64,000 nt of DNA from Laetmonice hystrix (lineage: Eukaryota). A program made the translations under genes and the position numbers. This document shows, in pieces, positions 60,540 to 64,000 of this stretch. Location: positions 18,352,001 to 18,416,000 of the forward strand of contig OZ249443.1 of the NCBI GenBank assembly GCA_965235115.1, in the 5' to 3' direction. The notes below the pieces were generated by a model. The model ran no database searches and was not told where the DNA came from. It worked only from the letters and a program-made list of their open reading frames with translations. Each line of letters starts with the position of its first letter. Position 1 is the first letter of the stretch.

Positions 60540-60870
60540 ATTGGAAACTCGTCAAGTAGACCGCAAGCAGTCCATGATTGTAGGTAGAAATAGGAGGTGG
60601 GAATCGCCGCTTTGGCGAAGAACTGGCCTATGCTAAAAAGCTGTGTCATATTAGCTAACATGCCAGTTCAGTTTAGCTTTCTTGAATTGGGCCTAAGTCA
60701 CCAATATGTAATTGGTCGAGCCATGACAAAGTACCTGCGCTACAAGGCAGACATAGCAGCGCTAAGTTTGTATCGATTCGTACTGAAACGTCCAGAGGTG
60801 GTGAATGGTTGGAAGAGGTGGCCGCCAGTGGTTGAGCCCCGGACACAGCTCGCCTTCCCCGGCAGACAAT
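60540..60870 (-). mobile_element. Possible degenerate LINE APE endonuclease fragment
   Basis: Across frameshifts: NHSPP / LHIGDL / KLNW / GQF..IPT..LLD, in the order of YRPP / IxGDFN / INW / LxQxVxxPTR..LDL. Weak, judged by eye. Confidence 0.2.
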
Positions 60871-61990
60871 CGGACAAATCACGGCCTCCCAGTCACAAGT
60901 GGCGGGCAATAATGTTGAAATTTTCGTGCCCAACATCAATCCAACGGCCAAGAGAGAGCATTCAGGCATTTGTTATAATCTGCTGCAACGAATTCCGATT
61001 TGGAATCAGCAATGATATATACGGCCCACCCTGGTACAAATCATTTCTCAAATAGACCACGAGAACACATGGCGAAACGACTGAGTTAATTGTGGAGAAC
61101 ACTGGCCCAGATCACATGCATCTAAAAAGCATTTATAAATGGTTAATGTAGCAGATGGTCTGCCATGGGGAGTTACGTTTCACACAGTCAATCAGGGAGT
61201 TTTTAAGTCGGGTCGAGATGTTTGAGTGGGTAGTCTCCATTAAAAGATTTGTTTAAGTAGGCTTACTTTCGGTGGCGAGTTTAAGACGTGTGCTGACTGT
61301 AAGACTTGTCGCAGTGTATAAAGTGAACCACTCAGACAGCCAAGACAATAGGTGCAGGAAAGCGTGCAGTCAGCCAGCAGAGTAGGTCTTATGTCTTAAG
61401 TCAGTGGCATTCTTTGTGATATCAGTATATTTATAGGTCCACCTGACACTTGATGACAACAGTATCGTTTATCCACTGAGTCGTACAGTTTGTTTCTTCT
61501 CTCATTTCTCATCAGACATTAGGTTCACATTGATCAAAGGCCCACCACTGGGAAGGTTACAATGGGTTCCAGTAAATCTAATAAAAACCTAGGTATCCGA
61601 TTCTACCTGGGGAGTATAGGGTATGATTCAGCCACTGCAAAACTTCCTGGTTTGTGATTATTATTATTTCAGAGTCGACAGTTTCCTTCCTGCGCAAAGG
61701 CTTGGAAAACTATCCGATCAAGTCTAACACCTTGAAACTCATTACCATAGAATATATATATTCACATCAAAATAAGGATCGACTAGACCGTCTTAGATAG
61801 TCTCCTCTATCAAATACTTTAACCATGTCCGAAATTATGACAGGGTAGAGAGAAAATACTTCTGCATAGCTTGAAACGACTGCCATACAGTTCCACCCCA
61901 CACCAGAGGTTCATCGAACTGAAACTAGGGTGTACCCGTGTTATAAAACGATAAGTCGTACTCTGCATGGTCCCATGTTCACCCAAGGGG

Positions 61991-62156
61991 TTCACAAAAG
62001 GTCTCCCAGTGGCCCCCAAGGATGATAATGCGATGGAACCAGAGGTCAAGGAACTTAGGGCAGGTTCTCACTGAGGATTTCCCCCGAGAACCTGACCTAA
62101 GGAACTGACCACTCGTGGTCGATTAGGTATCATTAATTTTCAGACCCCTTTGTAAA
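61991..62156. mobile_element. Fold-back MITE-like element
   Basis: Imperfect outer IR TTCACAAAAGGTCT (61991-62004) / AGACCCCTTTGTAAA (62142-62156). Inner IR CTTAGGGCAGGTTCTC (62054-62069) / GAGAACCTGACCTAAG (62086-62101), 15/16. The two IR centres lie within about 4 bp of each other. Confidence 0.6.
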
Positions 62157-63530
62157 TATTCAGACGGTCTCCTGCACATTAAACCGATACTATGCCCTGT
62201 CGATACAAATTTCAATCTTTCCTCACCCCAGAAAGAATGGTTTTATATTTGTCTCCCACATTTCCAATGACGACTTGAAGTCAGTTCCAGCCATTTTCAC
62301 GCACTGTACCGATCTGTATGTGTTTACGGAAGTAGTTCGCAACAGGTGAAGTGATCACTCGCAGAGTTCTGTCTAATTGCCATGGCCTTAATGGCAGTAG
62401 AAACACAAATCTCTCCACGGTTTGTCCTAACCGATAGACTGACATGGTGTACGTCAGGATAATTGGAGAACGCCACTGAATTAACGACAGCCGTTGTAAT
62501 TGGCTAAGATTGTTTTGTCATTCGCCTATCGGTCTCGTACACTGGCGCTGTGACTGCTAGGGCATGCTGTTGTCGATTAGATGGCGACTGAAGAACGTTA
62601 TAGTTTACCAAGGTCAATTTCCTTCGCTATTTTTCTCACCACGAGTAGTGACAATCGTTTGTGGCAGTGGGTGACTAAATCAAGCATGCTATCCGAAACG
62701 CCAGCAATAATACAAGATGGACGACCCAAGTGGGACTCATCCGGGACGTATACAATTTTCTATTGTCTATGTATCTATGCACTTTCCGAATGACCGGCTT
62801 TCAGCTGTATCCGATGACTTGATTTGAGCACAGATTTGTCACTGTTGAGATAGGCCATTGAGGCTGGCCATGGGGTGTGATGATAAGGCTGAGAAAGTTA
62901 TCGCCTTACCCAACCTAGGTTAATTACTGCAATTAATGCCACTTGCTAAGTATATTTCATGTACGACCGGCCACGTCCAAAAGACGTTGATTTTGGTTCG
63001 GCAGTTCTGAGTCTGGTTTTCCAAAGGCTCTCTTTGACACAGCGTTCAAAGTATAAAGTGGGTCTTTAAGATCTTGTTTGAAATTAAGCTTAACGGGAGG
63101 CTGGTTCCAGCAGACTAGCAAATCAGAAATAGCTTAAAACCAGGCCCTGGTGTTCTGAAACATTAGTACGAACAAACATTAAAGACCCAGTCCGAATATA
63201 TACGACGAAATTGCCCCCTACCAGTATGAATCAGCCTTACCAATTATCTGTAAACTTGAGTTCAAACAATTACCAGTTATGCAAAAGAAAAAGAATCAGC
63301 CTCACCTCGCCACTAATCTTTAACATCTTGTCAACAACGCCATTCAACGGTTCGCGCTGTTACGAAATGTAAACTCTGCGGGCTGTAGAGTCCTATATCG
63401 GAATCCTCCTTGTTAATTTGTCTCACATACAGGCGAGGGCATGATCATCACTTTAATACATCATTATAACTAGGCCAGGGGTGAAAGGTATATTATATCT
63501 CGTCGTTATATATTGGGATTGGGCCTTTAA

Positions 63531-63870
63531 AGGTGCTATTCGTGAAAAAAAAGTTCAATTTTTTTATTTTTAATTTGTTGACGTTTATGTGATCCCACCT
63601 ATCATGGAAATAGATTCACAACAAAGGAAATCAAAATTTTTCATGGATAACGGCACAACTGGGGCTCTCTCAGAAGGCCTGTGGAGACCCTGACACGCCC
63701 CACCATAGGAAATGGCTCTATCTCGGTGCGCACCGAGATAGGTTTCAAATGCTGCACACAAACTAATAGAAGGTTTATCAGGCCAATGGTATCGGTAGGA
63801 ATTGTTTCTAGTACTATGTGCACAATGTATGATAGGAGAAATGCCATTCTGTGCGAGACGAATAGCACCT
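63531..63870. mobile_element. 340-bp non-autonomous Kolobok-type DNA transposon
   Basis: Perfect 13-bp TIRs AGGTGCTATTCGT (63531-63543) / ACGAATAGCACCT (63858-63870), flanked by TTAA on both sides (63527-63530 and 63871-63874). AG-starting termini favour Kolobok over piggyBac (CC-starting). Confidence 0.85.
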
Positions 63871-64000
63871 TTAAACCTCATACAATACCAAGGCAGAGGA
63901 TAAATTTCACAACCTCTGAAGACACGATGAAACTGTATTGTAGCTATGTCAACAAGCAGAATTTTGTCTGAGCTCGATACCCCTTGATTAGTTAGCTCAC

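Noticed and set aside
60597-61055. 152-aa plus-strand ORF
   Set aside because: No recognisable domain, non-ATG start and no splice support.
61534-63530. A second, older TTAA element sharing the Kolobok's left TSD (TCAA-AGGCCCA ... TGGGCCT-TTAA)
   Set aside because: Only a 7-bp TIR match with a mismatched TSD.
63915-63960. CTGAAGA...GAAA as a minimal hammerhead ribozyme
   Set aside because: Stems I and III cannot be formed. CTGATGAG at about 19101 and 57368 also lack a GAAA and the stems.

Overview
This is animal genomic DNA, not prokaryotic, and is essentially non-coding. There is no operon structure, no long unique-sequence ORF with a recognisable domain, and no rRNA, tRNA gene or CRISPR array. 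The repeat types (a tRNA-headed SINE with a conserved central domain and ACTC tail, a TTAA-flanked Kolobok-type element, GGGCCC-terminal MITEs) suggest a marine invertebrate, probably a mollusc or other lophotrochozoan (inference). The dominant feature is 17 mutually unrelated minisatellite arrays with 26-104 bp units, plus low-complexity tracts; together they cover about 14 kb (about 21% of the window). Between them lie TE relics, strong CTCF-like motifs, a DR5/DR4 nuclear-receptor half-site chain, two promoter-like motif clusters, G-quadruplex motifs and a few weak micro-exon candidates. The most original signal is that 10 of the 17 arrays have a short perfect inverted repeat (6-9 bp stem) at or within about 15 nt of an array edge. 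All counts were made by hand. Family assignments come from remembered consensus features, not database searches.
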